Origin: Geosiphon pyriformis uo1 | Lineage: Eukaryota > Fungi > Glomeromycota | Length of the DNA: 64,000 nt | Reading direction: 5' to 3' | NCBI GenBank assembly: GCA_016748015.1 | Contig: JAAOMT010000534.1 | Location: 14,654 to 78,653, forward strand | Shown: positions 14,501 through 29,509 of the stretch, piece by piece | Layout: each line of letters starts with the position of its first letter | Numbering within the stretch: the stretch's first letter is position 1 | Notes under the pieces: generated by a model | Seen by the model: the letters and a program-made list of their open reading frames with translations, nothing else | Told to the model about the DNA's origin: nothing | Database searches by the model: none | Made by a program: the position numbers and the translations under genes

Positions 14501-14848
14501 AAGCTAATATAATAGTCTTAAAAGATTTAATAAAATTTATTCTAAATAAACTAAATTCACTTAATTCAAATAATAATATAATATTTCTTTTTTATTCCTA
14601 ATAAGTAGTTTAATTTGAAAAATAATTATATATAATATTAAAAAATAAATATTTTTGCCAAGCAAAATAATATTATTAAGTATTATAAAAAATTTAATAA
14701 TAATATTTTAATTATTACTAAAATTAAGCTTTATTCCAATATTAAATTATGAATTACAATAAATTTGCAAATATAAAAGTGTTTATTTCTGGTTTGAATT
14801 TAAAGTATTTAAATATTAGTATTATTTTAATTATAAATAAATACTTGG

Positions 14849-15626
14849 TATTACAAAAATTATTTAGAGTATTAGAACAAATAACAAATCTGTAACTTAA
14901 TACTTAATAATTGTTAATAATAATGATTTCTGAAAGTTTTGGTTGAATTTTTTATATAATAAACAAAAATTTAATTGATGGTTTTTTTATGAATTTTTTT
15001 CTTTAATGTGATGACTGATTTAGTTTAGCAGTTATGCTCTTTTAGTAAGCTATTTTTAAGTTTTCTACTCTTGTTTTACAGGTTTTTTATCATGCTATCC
15101 TTGATGTTAATTATTTAGTGCTTAATTTTTTAATTAATTAGTAAACAACAAAAAAAATAAAATAATAAAAAATAAAAAAAATAAAAAATTAGTATTCTGT
15201 TAATAGCTGTATCAAAAGCTATTGGTCTAGTATAATTAAGTATTGAATTTTATTAACATAGATTGTTGATAATATAAAAGTAATTAATATTTTTTAATTA
15301 AACAATAACAATATGAATTGGATAATAATAGATATTTTTATTAATATAGATATAATTCTATTTCAAGTTATAGAAAACTATCTTTTAAAAAAAGAGGTAT
15401 TGGAATATTATTTATTTCTAACTACTGTTTTGTTTTTTTGCTTTTAATACTCTTATTATATATAAATAATTTGTATTATATGAAATTTTACATATTTTTA
15501 CTTTTTTCTATATTACTTTTTGAAAATATGCTTATTCTTAAAAATATGCTTATTTATTAAATACTATTTTCTTATTAGTCTATTTTATGATCTGTTTTTT
15601 TATAGTACTTTTTTTTATGAATAATA
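14849..15626 (-). repeat. 3' LTR of the Gypsy element
   Basis: Aligns end to end with 24396-25207. Termini TA...TA are interpreted as TG...CA after transitions. Adjacent to the PPT. Confidence 0.9.
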
Positions 15627-18600
15627 TTATCTCTTTTTTTAATATTGAGCTCTATTAAAATTTTTATTTTGAATTAAGTTCATTATTTTTTTTTCTAATA
15701 TTATTTGTTTAATTCTAGTTTTTATGTTTTCGAATTAAAAGTTGGTTATTTTTCTCTACTGGTTAACAGTTATTGTTTTCATTTTTGAATATAGTAATAT
15801 TTCTAAATAATTTTAAAATACTGTATATAGTTAGTAAATTGTTTTGATATATAGTATAAAACTTGTTTTCTTTTCAATAAAGTTTTTAATTTGTTGTACT
15901 ATTTCTTAATTGAACATATTTTTGGATTTGTCAGTATACAGTTTCTAAATATTCAGCTTTTGTTTTAATTAATAGTAATAATATGCTATTGCAAGTTGTT
16001 TTATTTATAGCTTTTAGTTTTTTTTAATTAATTCTTCTGTTGAAATAGTAATTGGTATTTTTTAAAAATGTTTTTTTACTTTTTTTATAATTTTATTTAA
16101 CCAGTACTTTGTTTGGTTCTGTAGTCATTAATATGAAGTAATTTTTGCTTTTTTTTTGTGTTTTTATAACAAATTGTTTGGTAATTAATAATAATTTTTA
16201 TGTTTAATTGTTGTTAATTTATAGCTTAAAACAATTGTTGTATTATCATATAGATATAGTTTGGGATTTCTATTTTTTATTGTTGTTTTTGTTATGTTTA
16301 TTGTGTTTTTATATACTTTTATCTTGATTTATTTTCTGTGTTTTCTTTGATGATTATGATTAATTTTAAATTTTGTAAAATTTTATCTGGTTTAATTAAT
16401 ATTATTTATACTTTTAGTTGTAAAATATTACTAATAGATAATAATACTATATTATAATATAGTTTAGTTGATTATTATGTATTGCTTTGATTAAAATTTT
16501 GTTATTCTATTTTAATTTATAAGTTCTATTTCCTAAAATTTTTTTAATGTAAAATAAATTGTTCTATTTAGAATCAAACTTTCTACTTTATTGTTTTTCT
16601 GCATTAATACAATATAAAAATACTTTGTCTTTAATTCTAAATTCAATCTGTTTATTTGGTAACTAATTTTTATGTTATTTTTTTTTTTTGTAACTTTTAT
16701 ATGTTATTAGCTGCTTTTTATTTTTTGTTTTCTAGAGTTTTTATTAAGTTATATGTTTTTTTTAGCAATGTTTTTTAAAAATTGGTTTCTGTTATTGGTT
16801 TTATTAAATATGTATTGATATTTATTTTAACTGGTAATATTGTTGTTTTATTATAAACTAGTTTAAATAGTATTGCTTATATAGTATTTTGTTTTATTAT
16901 TCAATAAGCAAATAATACTAATAATATAAACAAATTCTATTTGTTTTGGTTTTTTGACTAATCTTGACTATTGTTGTGCACAATATTCTGTTGAATTTTT
17001 TGACTAAGCCATTTATTTATGGATAATATAAAAATAATAATGGTTTTTTAATTCCAAATTTTTGATTTAATTCTGTTAATATACTGTTTACAAAATGAGT
17101 TTTTTGGTTTAATAACAATTTTTTTAAACATTTATGTCAACAAATTAAATTCTAGTATACAAATTCAGCTACAGATTTTGCATCTGTTTTTTGAATGGCT
17201 TTAGCTTTTGGCTATTTTGTAAGATAGTTTATAGCTATTGTTATGTATTGATTGCTCTTGTTAGTTATTGTTAATAATCTGACTAAATCAATTTAATATA
17301 ATCAAATGATTGTCTTATTTTGATTAGTCTTAGTAATTTATTAGGTTTTGTTTCTTCTCTTTTTTAATAAGCATCACAATTTTAAACATATTAGATAATA
17401 TTTGGATATATTAATAACTAATAGTATTTTTTTTTGATTCTTTCTATAGTTGCTTTTTTATAAAAATATTCTGTAGTAGAATCTAAATATATATTAAACA
17501 GAATTATTTTTTTTCTAGTTCTGTAATTATTTTGAGTAACTGGTTTAAATTTTTTCTGTTTTTTTTGATATAGTATATTTTGGTAAATAATAAAGTATTT
17601 TGATTGTTGTTTTATGTTTTTTTGTTCTTTTTGAGATAATTTTTCTTTAAATTATTGAGTATTAATATAATGTTAAAGTTGTTAATATTTTAGTATATTT
17701 ATTTTTTGTTATATTTTTGGATTAAAATATTTTTAAATTTGTCTTATTTGTAATAAACCATTAGCATTACTGTTTTTTTTGTCTTTTTATAGTGTACGGT
17801 ATAATTAAATAATAATAGTTATATTTTTTATCTTGCATGATAATTATCTTTAAGTTTTTGTTTCTGAATTGATGTTAATTTTTGTAATCAGTATATATAT
17901 TAAACTTTTAACTTAAATATTTTTTTATTTGATAACAGCTTAGTAAATAGCTAAGTGTTTTAATACTAAAGTACCATAGTTTTTTTTAGCTAAACTCAAA
18001 CTTTTGCTGGTATATATTACTAAATATTCTCATTCATTTAATTTTTTTTGTGATAGTATAGTTTCTAATATTTGTTCTGATGCATTTATTGTGATGATAA
18101 ATGGTTTGTTATGATCTGAATAGATTAATACTAGAGCTTGAATAAGCTTTTGTTTTAATATATCAAAAGCTTCTTGTTGTTTTTTAGTCTATTTATATTT
18201 AGTGTTTTTTTTTAAAGCTGGTATAATAATTAAACCAATTTAGAAAAGTTTTAAATAAAATAACAGTAGTATTTTGCAAATTCCAAGAATATTCTTAATT
18301 CAATTAAGTTGATTGATATTAGAAAGTTTTTAATTATCTCAATTTTATTAGAATTTATTTTGATGTCATCTTTGCTTACAATATATCTCAAAAATTTTAG
18401 TTCAGTTTTTCCAAACAAATACTTGGTAGTATTCAATTTAACTCTGTTTTTTTTTATTTTTTGAATATTTGTTGAAGATAATAGAAATAATTATCAAATG
18501 TCTTAGAGAATACATTAATGTTATCCAAATAAATTATTACTAATTTTTATAACAATCTTGTGTAAACAATTTCTATTAACTATTAAAAAGTGGCAGGAGT

Positions 18601-19459
18601 ATTTATTAAACCAAAAGACATAATATTGAATTCAAAATTCTTATTTCTTGTAGTAAATACTGTTTTATTTTATTGGTTAAATTTATGGTTATTTGTCAGT
18701 AACTACTATCTAAATTTAATATAAAAAACCATTTTTTTTCTTCAAAAGCATCAAATAATTCTTGAATTTGTAAAGTTAAATAATTGTTTCTATATGTAAT
18801 ATTGTTGAGTTTTCTGTAATCTATATAATAGTGAATTTTTCTATTTTTTTTTTTAAATAAATACTACTAATAATAATTATAGACTTATTAATAATTGAAT
18901 TAATTTATTGTCAAATATACAATTGATTTCTTACCAAATAATTTTATGGCTGGCAGGTGGTACTTGATATGTTTTCTGTTTAATTGACATTGTATCTTTA
19001 GTTTTAATTTAATGTTGAATAATATTAGTTTTGCCAAATTTATTTTTATTTACAAAGATGTTAATGAAATTTTTGAGTAGTATTTTGAGTTTTATATGTT
19101 GAAATAGGTTTAAATTATTCAAGTTTTTTTGTTCCAATTATTTTAGTTATAGCAAATAGCATTTTTTATTTGTAAATAGTCTGTGATGTAATGTTTACAT
19201 ATCCACATAATTATAAAAAATTTGAAATGGTAGTTGGTATTTGATTCTTAACTTCAACATTTAAGTATCTGATAATAATTCTATTTGGTATTTTTATTGG
19301 GTTTTTGGTTGTATTGTGTATTGAGATTTTGATGTGTTTATGATTTTTGGCTGGTATGTAAAAATTGATAATGACAATTTTTTTTAACTTACAAATAATA
19401 AGATCTACTTCAAAAATCTAGAGTTAATTCTTTATTTTTTTTCTATAGTTAATATATGC

Positions 19460-20410
19460 TGTTACCAGTAGAATTTTAGTCATTAATTAGCATAAAATTA
19501 CTTTCATAATTCTTATTATTAATTAGCATATATTAATATTGTTTCAATAATTACTTATTACTTAATTAAATTATTGAATATTAATATTTATTAATAATCC
19601 GATTTGTACAATAGAAATTAGAATAATTAAAATTACATAATATTTCAAACTATATAACATTAAAAAATTTGTCGAAATAATGAATAGTTTACCAAAATAG
19701 TTAATAGTTTAATGAAATAACTGGTAATTTGTTGAAATATATCTTTAGTTTGTTAAAATCATAGCAAAAAGAAAAGTTCAAGTTTATAAACTAGTACTAT
19801 AACAAGTTGTATAAAAAAACAGCTTCTCTTTTTAAAAAATATATCTTATTATAAATATCTTATTTTTTTTAGAATTACCTTATAATACAAATTCAAAATA
19901 AAAATATATACTTTAAAAACCAATTTTTGAGATAATTACACTTGAAATTCTTCAAAACTTAGCTAACATTTTGAAATTAATTAGCTACCAATTTTAGTAA
20001 ACTATTAATAACTTCAAGCCTAAACCAGAAAACGATTTCCCTAACAAAATTCTATTTTTTTTATATTTTTTATATTTTATTTTTCCTTTCTTATTATAAT
20101 TATTAGGATAGCCTACAAACAAGATTCCTGTAGAAGAGTTAACTTTTACAGCAAAGTAATTATACATTTTAATAAGCTTTTAGATAAGCAATTTTTAAGA
20201 AAAAGTTGACATTTATTACAACATAACTAAACAAAATAACTGGTATAGAATTAATTATTCTATTTATAAGCCCAGTAGTTTAAATTATCTTCTATAATTT
20301 GAAAATAAATTCAGTTATCAAAGGTTCAATAGCTTCCAATAAACGTGAATTAAAATAGCAAACTGATATTAACAACAATCAAGAAAAAAAACCAAAAATC
20401 TTTAATAATA
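19460..20410. mobile_element. Solo LTR of a second family inserted in the Gypsy pol, between dUTPase and RT
   Basis: Begins TGTTAC and ends TAATA (from TAACA). Flanked by a 4-bp TSD, ATGC (19456-19459) / ATAC (20411-20414). Removing it restores the host frame (..ILLYN*Y|ILTIEK..). Confidence 0.75.
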
Positions 20411-20514
20411 ATACTAATTATATAATAAAATAGAAATTGATTAATAAGTAAAGATAATTTTTCTCTTATCAATTGTTTTTTTTTCTACTATATTAACTGG
20501 TATTTTTAATTTAC

Positions 20515-20905
20515 TTGTGAATTCAAATCTATTTATTTCTTTTGCTGTTATTCTAAATTTTTTTTTATTCTCACTAATACTAATTAAATTATTTTTACTA
20601 AAGACAAAAATATTATCTGTGTTATTTTTTTATTTAGTTTAATTGTATATGCTTTTTTCGACTTATTTTGTAATATTGCAATAATATTTCCTATATATTC
20701 TGCATTTATTATCTCTTTTTTAATATTAATTCTTTTATTATTAAATTAAATCTAGACATAAATTGTATTATTATTATTGCTGAAATTTCTAGTGCTAATT
20801 TTAAATCTATGCTGGTGTATAAATAAGGTTTTAATCTAATAGCTGTTTTTTCAGAATATTTGAAATCAAATTCTATGTTAATATTATATGTGCATTTTTG
20901 TATAA
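20515..20905 (-). pseudogene. dUTPase domain relic within the Gypsy polyprotein
   Basis: The minus strand reads, with transitions, as [E]RAHxxD[AG]FD[L]xY...IDLKLALEI...[A]SR[S]xL...[GG]IID[A]GY.GNIIA[M]LQN...ITA[RG]IN[G]F[G]S, covering dUTPase motifs 1, 2, 3 and 5. Confidence 0.7.
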
Positions 20906-23900
20906 TACTCTTATTATTATCATTAAACTATTTAAATTTTTGCTTTTTTAAAAGATTTGAGAACACAATATATTGTTCAGAGTTGGAATTGGGATTTAAA
21001 TTGTTATTACTGTTGTTGCTATTGTAGACAGTGTTGGAACTTTTGTTGTTATTATTGTTGAAATTTGTATTAGAATTAGTTTCAATTTCGATTTTAAAGT
21101 ACAACTGCTAATTGGTTTTTTCTCTTCAAGAATTGAATAGATTATGTATAATAGTAGATTGTAAATGAAATTACAATCATTACAATATTCAAAATTACTG
21201 AAAATTAGACAATATTTACAGAATCTAGTATTTAATTGTTTTAACTGCTGTTTTTGTTCTTTTTAAGTAAGTACTAAATTTTAGTAGTGTTTGTAAAATT
21301 ATTTAAGATTATTTATAATATTAACAAAAATATCAAGATTAGAAATAAAAATGATTTTAATAAGTTTTAGTGAATTGGTTTTGATCACTAATATCTTATT
21401 AAATAAAGTGTTTTTAACTTTGCCACTTGCTATTTACTAAATTTTGTCTTTATCATATAGATAGTTATTTAAATATAAAAAAGTTCTGTTGTAGATGCTA
21501 TTGAATAACATTTTTTTGCTTATCTAGTTGCTAATAAAAATTATTTATTGGTATAATGTATTGTATGTTTTTTTTTAACCAAAAATGTTGTTCTATATTT
21601 TTTTGTTAAATAGTATTTCTCTATAAGCTAAACAAAATTTGTTGTCTTACTTTTTTTGTTGTTTTGGATATTTAAAGCATTTTTAATAATATGATTTACA
21701 GTAAAAGCAGATTTGTATTTTGTATTTTTTTTTTAATAAGATCCAAACTCTTATAAATGAAAACTACTTTTTGTAATTTCTGTACTTAAGTAAAATATAA
21801 GATAGATGTTTCTTTAATACTAATATTAAATATAGAATATTTTAATTACTGGTAGATTTTTCTGTAATAGTAATGACTTGAAGTTTGTTTTTCTCTTTTT
21901 TTTATTTTATTTTAGAAGAGTATTGGTAATAATTTGTTATGTTTGTTTTCAGCTTACAAGATTTAATAGGCTTTTTAGATAAAAAAGTTTTTTTTTCTAA
22001 CTTAATTAATAATTGTTTTCTTAAAAAATCTTTAAAGTATCTACAAATGGCAGATACTTAAATATGCTGTTATTATATATTAGCTGGAGTTTTTGGATGT
22101 TTTAGTTAAATACAGTATTGGTTTTGAATAGCTAATCATTACTAATAAAAGCTTAGTATTATATAATTTCCATAATGAGAACTTTAGCATTAGTGTATAT
22201 AGCAATAATTGGTTTAATATTGAAAGCAGTTTTACTAAATAATAGTGTTTTTATTTGGTCTTCTAATTTAAAAAAAATATGACAGCAAATGATTTATTCT
22301 TAATAACAGTTGCTAATAAAATATTGTTGATAAAATGTTGTTTTGATAGTTTTAAGTTGTTAGATTGAATATTTTCTGGAATAACCAAAAGGCTTAAATA
22401 GTTTTAAGAATTTAAGTTTTGGATATACTTATTTTTCAAACTTTACTGGCATAATTCTGTTGATTGATTTAATAAGCTAAAAATCAGTTAGTGTATTATT
22501 ATTACCAATTTCGAGTTTTGTTAAGTGTGAGTAATTTTCAGTTTTTATTTTTTAGTTGGTAATTGAATTGAAATTTGGAATGATACTTGGATTTGTTGGG
22601 ATTAAAAAATAATTAATAAAACTTAATAAATTACCAGTATTAAGATTTAATAAATTAGAAATAAGTATATTAATTGCTGTATTATTAATGCATAATATAG
22701 TTGATATTAGTATTTTTTTAATAACAAATTGTTGGTGTAGTTTAGAGTTTAAAATCTGTGATCAGAGTTTTAATATTAATTTTCTAATTATTGGTTATTT
22801 AATCTTGTCTTATAATCTATTTTCAAGTGTTTTTGTTTATTATAATAGTAGCAAATATATATTTCTTGTTGCCATAATTGATTTGGTAATAATGATAATA
22901 GATAGAACTAATTCTGAAACCAATTTGGGTTTTTTTGATTGTTATAATATTAAGAAAGTTAATAAATTGCTGTATTGTTAGCAAAATATTCTTCTACTTT
23001 TTGGTTGATAAAATTGCTAAATTGTTTTAGTTTAGAATTCAATTCAGATAATTTATTTATTACTAAATCTATAATTTGGATGTAATTGGTTTTGAGTTTA
23101 GTTAATTTGAAATCTTTGACATATATAAATATATTTTAGAGAGTATTTAGGTGTAATAATTATATTTGTTACAGAAGGCTATTATATAATCCACAAATAA
23201 ACAAATTCAAAATCTGTGGTACTCTAAAATAGTTAGTATTAATTGCTTAAATTTGATGCAAATTTCTATAAAAACATCTTAAATAAGTAATAACTGCTTC
23301 AGTATTATCTTGTTTAATTGTGGTAAAGCTAGTTAACAAGTAATTAATACTATTATTATTGCTAAAATACTGTAAAAACATGGTTTTAAACATGTCAAAT
23401 CTTGAAGTTTGTTTATAAAATTTTAGTAGTATGAGTTAGTAATATTTTGTAAAAAGTAGGAAATTGCTTAAAAAGCTTTAATATTGTCTTATTTATTAAC
23501 TGCAATAGTTTTTGCTATATTATTTAATCAAACTTGTGCATTGTTCTCTTTGTTAATGAATTTTTCTAATTTGATAATTGGTGTATAAGCTATTGGTATA
23601 AGTATTTGTTGTTATAGTTGTTAAAAAGCAGCTATTAATATAATTAATAGATTGATCTAAATAATTAAAAGTAAGTTTTGTTGAAAAATAAAAGCTGAGT
23701 TTGAATTGTTTAAGTTTGGCTAGATTTAAATAATCAAAGTTTGAAATACTGAATTATTTAGAATTGGGTTTTAATTATTACTTTTTTGATTATTATTATT
23801 ATTATCTTTTGATTCAGTTTTTCTTCAATTGCTGATAGATCCGAAATTAAGTTAAAATAGCAGTAATTGAAGTTCTAATAGTGTTGTTAATTGTGATTTA

Positions 23901-24395
23901 AATCCTTTAAAATAATTGTTATATGTTCTTAATAATCATGATTTTTCTTAATTGTTTTAAAACAAGACTTGAATTACAAGTGTCTTCATAGTTAACAATA
24001 ATGTAGATCTTAATAATAATACGTAAATAGTACTTCTTGGTATATAATAATAAGAAGAGTATAATAGAAAAACAACTTTGAATTTATTTTAATTAGGTGA
24101 TTGTATTAGTTTAGATATAATTACTGATATTTGTATTCTGTTTTTGCCTTTGTTTACAAATGTAATTGAAAACTTTTGCTAAGTGTACTTTTTAATTTTG
24201 CAATTAATCTCTGTGAAAATTAATTCTGCTGGCCAATAATTATTTGTTAATTTCAAATGTATTTAATAATACTAAAATAAAAATTTTGTAAATTTTAAGT
24301 AGTTTTCTCTTGTTGTTTCTTGGTTTGTTACTTTTTCAAATGTTTAATATTAGTGCTGGTTTTTTGTTAGATTATATCTTATAAAAAGTACCAAA

Positions 24396-25207
24396 TATTA
24401 CAGATAATTATTTAGAGTGTTAAAACAAATAACAAACCTGTAACTTAGTATTCAATAGTTGTTAATAATAATAATTTTTAAAGATTCTGTTATTTAAAAA
24501 TTTTGGTTAAGTCTTTTATATAATAAACAGAAAATCAATTAATAGGTTTTTCTATGAATTTTTTTCTTTAGCATAGTAATTAGTTTAATTTGACAGTTAT
24601 GCTTTTTTGGTAAGCTATCCTTAAGTTTTCTATTTTTGTTTTATAAGTTTTTTATTAGACTATCTTGACATCAATTATTTAATACTTAATCTTTTAATCA
24701 ATTAGTAAACAACAAAGAAAACAAAATAAAATAAAAAAAGAAAAAAAAAGAAAAAATTAATATTCTGTTAATAGTTATAATTAAGAGCTATTAGTCTAGT
24801 ATGATTAAATATTAGATTATATTATTATAAATTGTTAATAATATAAAAATGATTAATATTTCTTAATCAAGTAATAACAATATGAATTGAATAGTAATGA
24901 ATATTTTTATTAATATGAATATGATTTTATTTCAAGTTATAAAAAACTATTTTTTGAAAAGAGAAATATTGAATTATTACTTATTTTTAATTACTATTCT
25001 GTCTTTTTTGTTTTTAATATTCTTATTATATATATTTAATTCATATTATACGAAATTCTATATGTAATAATTTTTTAAAAATGTATTTATTTTTTGAGAA
25101 TATACATATTGTTGAAAATATGCTTATTTGTTGAGTACTATTTTCTTATTAGTCTATTTTATAATCTGTTTTTTATCTTTTTTTGGTATTTTTTTTTATG
25201 AATAATA
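24396..25207 (-). repeat. 5' LTR of the Gypsy element
   Basis: Homologous to 14849-15626. Followed on the minus strand by PBS-like TTTGG at 24395-24391. Confidence 0.9.
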
Positions 25208-28200
25208 TTAGCTAAACATATTTTTAAAATTTCAGAAGTTTTTGGTAAATTTTTAAAAATTTATTTATTATTTAAAAACAAATAATTAGTTTTTGTATTG
25301 TGTTTATATATAAGTATATTCTTAAAAAAATGATTAAATTAGATACTTATTATCAATTTTTTATAGTTAGCATATTTAATAACAGCATTTTTGTTATTTT
25401 GAGAAGTAATTTTAATGAAAATAATGTTAAATATAATGTTAGTTACAAAAAATACATAAATTTTGGTTTAATTAATTCTTTAAGTAATAGTTTATATGTT
25501 AAGATTTTTACATAAGCAAACTTTAAAGAAGTTAAAAAGATAATTGATTATATTTTTATGTTATTAAATCTGGTTAATACAATTACTAATAAAATAATTA
25601 TAAGTTTAAAAAACTTTTTTAATATTAATTATTTTGCTGTTTTTGTTAATTTGAACAGTATTTTATATAAATATTATAATGATTTTTATAAATAAGTTAA
25701 CAAAAATTATTGGATATACAACTTTAAAAAAACTAATATGACCAAATAAATTTAATTTAAAAATACTATATTAGTAAATATTATAATGTTTAGTAATAAT
25801 TTTAATTATTCAAAAAAAAATTTTAATATTAATTTTATTTAAAGAATTATTTGTTTTTTAGTCAATAAGATTTTTTCTAAGTTTTAGAGCAAAAATTTTA
25901 ATTGTATTTTTACCAAGATTTTGTTTTATTTTTACCAATTTAAAATTCTGGTTTTTAAGATTGTTAGTGCTTCATATTTGAGTTATAAATTAAATAACTT
26001 AATTAATTATTAATTATTATTTGATAAACTACATATATATTATATTTAAGATTTTTTGGTATCAAGTATTAATCTTAACTTTATCAAGTCTAAGCTAACT
26101 AAAATTAAAAAAATTTATTCTATGCTTAAGCTTGATAAATTTTGGCAAGCTGAAATAATAAGAATTAATGTTGTTATAAATAAAAAAATAAAAAAGTTTA
26201 AATTAAAAAAGATTATATTATTAAAAGTATTTTGAAATACACTTTTAAAAAGTAGTTTTAGATTATTTAATAAATAATAAAAACTTAGTGCTAAAGTCTT
26301 AGGAAATTATATTTAAAATAAATTCAATTATAGAAAAATAAATAAAAAACATAAGATATTAAGAAATATTCTAAATATTTAATATTAACAATACTTGCTT
26401 TTAATTTATATAGTTAATAATGCTTTTTTTAAAATCATAAAAGTAATTAATTTTGATAAAATAATAAGTATTATAATAAAACTATCAGATAAAAAAACTT
26501 TTGATTTGTTTGAAATTTTAATTGAATTTTAAAAACATTGTGATTTTTTTGTTTTGAGTTTATTATTAAATTTTTTTAATATTTGTTTAATAAATAAATC
26601 AGTTTTTTGGTCTTGAGAAAAACTTGAATATCAATAATTTTTAAGTCATATAAGTAAAAAAAATTTTAACTAACACTAAACCTATTATTTTAATTGAAAC
26701 TGTTTAGAAAATTTTTTTTAAAATCTTGTTTAACAGAATTTTTTCAGTTTACAATAATTTTAATGTTTTTTATAGTAACAATTTCTTAGTATTAAAGAGT
26801 ATAATTATACAATTTTTTATTTTTATAATTAAGTCAATAATAAAAAATACTATAAAGAAAGATTATAAACTTCAATTAATCTTATAAAATATATATAAAG
26901 CATATAATTTATTAGACTAAAAACATTTAAAAAGCAGTTTGGTTTATGTTAAAATATATAACAAATTTGTTAAATATTTTGGTAATATTTACAAAGATAA
27001 AATTAACTAAATTATAACTAATTTTGATTTAATAAATAGTTATTAAATATATAATAAATTAAATTAAAGTAAGATATTCTTTTTTTTTGGCATATTTTTT
27101 ATAATTTCTTTCTATATAAAATTAAAAAATGAGAGAATATGTGTAAATATAGAATTAATTTTAAGTTTGTAACTAAAACAAAGCATATTAAAAGTCAGGC
27201 AAACATAATATTTTTTTTGCTGCTAATGTTTTTATCAATAATATAATTTAAGTAAACAATAGTTAATTTGTAACTTAATTATTTTGAATATTACAAGTAA
27301 GTTTTTCTGAATTAATAATAATATTATTATAACTATTCTGATTAATTATAAAATTAAAAATTTTTTTTGTTAATAAGTAGTCTGCTAATTTTAATTATTA
27401 AAAAAAAAATTTTTACAAATATTTAAGTATTTTTTTTTAATAGAGAATTTATTAAAACTTAGCTTATCAAAAATTTATTTAGACATTAAATTTTTTGTTA
27501 ACAAAGTATTAAAAAAAGTCATTTTTAATAAGTAGTTTCTATATTTGGTTTTAGTAGTGTTTTATCTTATTATTAGTTATAAGATTTAATTTAGTTTTAT
27601 TTTTAGTATATAATAAATAAAATACTATAATCTGTAAAAATTTGAAATTGAAATCTGATTTGTCTTTAAACTTTTCAAATAACACAATCTATTATTTTTT
27701 CTTATATAATTTAAAAACTTTTAAATAAGTACAAGCTAAATACAAATTGGCTTTTGTATTAAGTTTTTTTAATACATATGGCATTTTGGACTGGCTATTT
27801 AACCATAAATATTTTGACTTACAGATTTTGAGCTGGTTTTTTTATTATCTTTTGTGTTTTTTAATCTATTTTAAAGTTATTTTAACAAACAATTTTCTGG
27901 CTAGTATAATTTGTATTTTTTATAATTACGATTTGTTATTGATTGATTTTTTGTGTTTAGTATTTTAATTTCAAGATAAAACCTTAATGTTAATAGTTTT
28001 GAATTACTCAGTTTTTTTTAAAGTGTCTTGTTTATTTAAACAGTTTGGTATTATTTTTATTAAGCAATTGTTTAATAAAAAAAGTGGCATTTTTGACTAA
28101 AAAACTTTTTAATGCTAAAAAAAACTAAACTCTTATGGTCTTGTTTTTAATTGGTTTAAATTTGCTGTTTGGTTTTTAATTAATTTGGTTTCTTATTCTA

Positions 28201-28605
28201 ATAATTATTTTTAGTTATTAGTTTTCAGTCTCTAAATGTTCTTAATTTATGTAAGTTTAATTTGATTTGTGATTAACTAATTAATGTTAAAATAATTTGT
28301 TTTTTTGTTTATACTAATAATTTTTTAAACAATCTAAATACCACTAATATAAAAGCTAATATTGTGTTTTTTAAAGATATAAATCTAAATTTAAGTATTA
28401 AAATATCTGAATTAATTTTTTTTATTATAGCTAAACTGCAGATTGTCATATTAGTTTTGAAATATGTTTTATTTTTTTATATAGTTGAGATAATTTCTGA
28501 TAACCAAATAGCTTTAAACACATATTGTTTGAAATTGGTTTTTGTTTTATTAAATTTTTATAATTAATATATTGTAAATATTATTTGAAAAAAAAATTTA
28601 AATAT

Positions 28606-29509
28606 TAATATTTATAGAAAAAAAGTACAAAAAAGAAATAAAAAAACAGATTATAAGAATAAACCAATAAAAAAATAGTAATTAAACATGTAAACACATT
28701 TTTAGAAATGTGTATATTCATAAAAATAAGCACATTTTTAAGAAATTATAATATATTGCTTAAGAGTGAGCATATTTTTAGAAAGTAATATAGAAAAAAA
28801 TAAGAATATATAAAATTTTATATAATAAAAGTTATGTATATATAGTAATAATATTAGAAATAAGTAAAGTATTTAAAAATTCAGACAAGTTTTTAGTTAA
28901 TTAACAATAAATATTCATAATATACTCTTTTTTTTAAAAGATAGTTTTTTATATCTTGAAATAAAATCATCCAAATACCAAATAAAATTATTTTTTATTA
29001 TCTAATTTATGTTATTTTTTTTATTAGATTAATATTATTATTTTTTAACTTCATTGGCAATTTATATTAACAGTATTTGCTATTTAATCATACTGAATTA
29101 ATAGCTTTTAATTATAGCTATTGATAAAATATTAATTTTTTATTTTATTTTATTTTTTATTTTATTTTTTCCTTTGTTTTATGTTGTGTATTAATTGATT
29201 AAAGAATTAATAATTTAAGTATTAAAATATTAATGTCAAGTATAGCTTAATAAAAGACTTATGAAACAAAGATAAAAACTTAAGAATAGCTTACCAAAAA
29301 AGCATAACTGTCAGATTAAACTGGTTTTTATACTGGAAAAAAAATTTGGAAAAACAATTACCAAGTAAATTTTTGTCTATTATATAAAAAACTTAACCAA
29401 AATCTTTAAATCTCAAACTTTTAGAAACCATCAACATTAGAAATAGCTATTAAATATTAAGTTATAAATTTGTTATTTATTCTAATATTTCAAATAATCA
29501 TCTATAATA
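28606..29509 (+). mobile_element. Solo LTR related to the Gypsy LTRs, in opposite orientation, inserted in the RNase H region of LINE-C
   Basis: Its reverse complement aligns with both LTRs (e.g. ...TAAGTTATAAATTTGTTATTTATTCTAATATTTCAAATAATCATCTATAATA). TSD ATAT (28602-28605) / GTAT (29510-29513). Confidence 0.85.

Larger units (their letters stand above)
14849..25207 (-). mobile_element. Full-length degenerate Ty3/Gypsy LTR retrotransposon (gag, Cys-rich region, dUTPase, RT, RNase H, integrase)
   Basis: Paired LTRs at 14849-15626 and 24396-25207. 4-bp TSD TTGG (14845-14848) / TTAG (25208-25211). PBS-like TTTGGTAC just inside the right LTR and PPT-like purine run at 15627-15640 (minus strand). 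Relic motifs: gag (PIIKLEKF, ~23560-23600), RT (MSFGLINTPATF ~18585-18625; IYLDNI ~18518-18535), RNase H (ITINASEQ ~18070-18095), integrase (YP*INGLVKKFNR ~16985-17025). Order RT-RH-IN indicates Gypsy. Confidence 0.92.
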
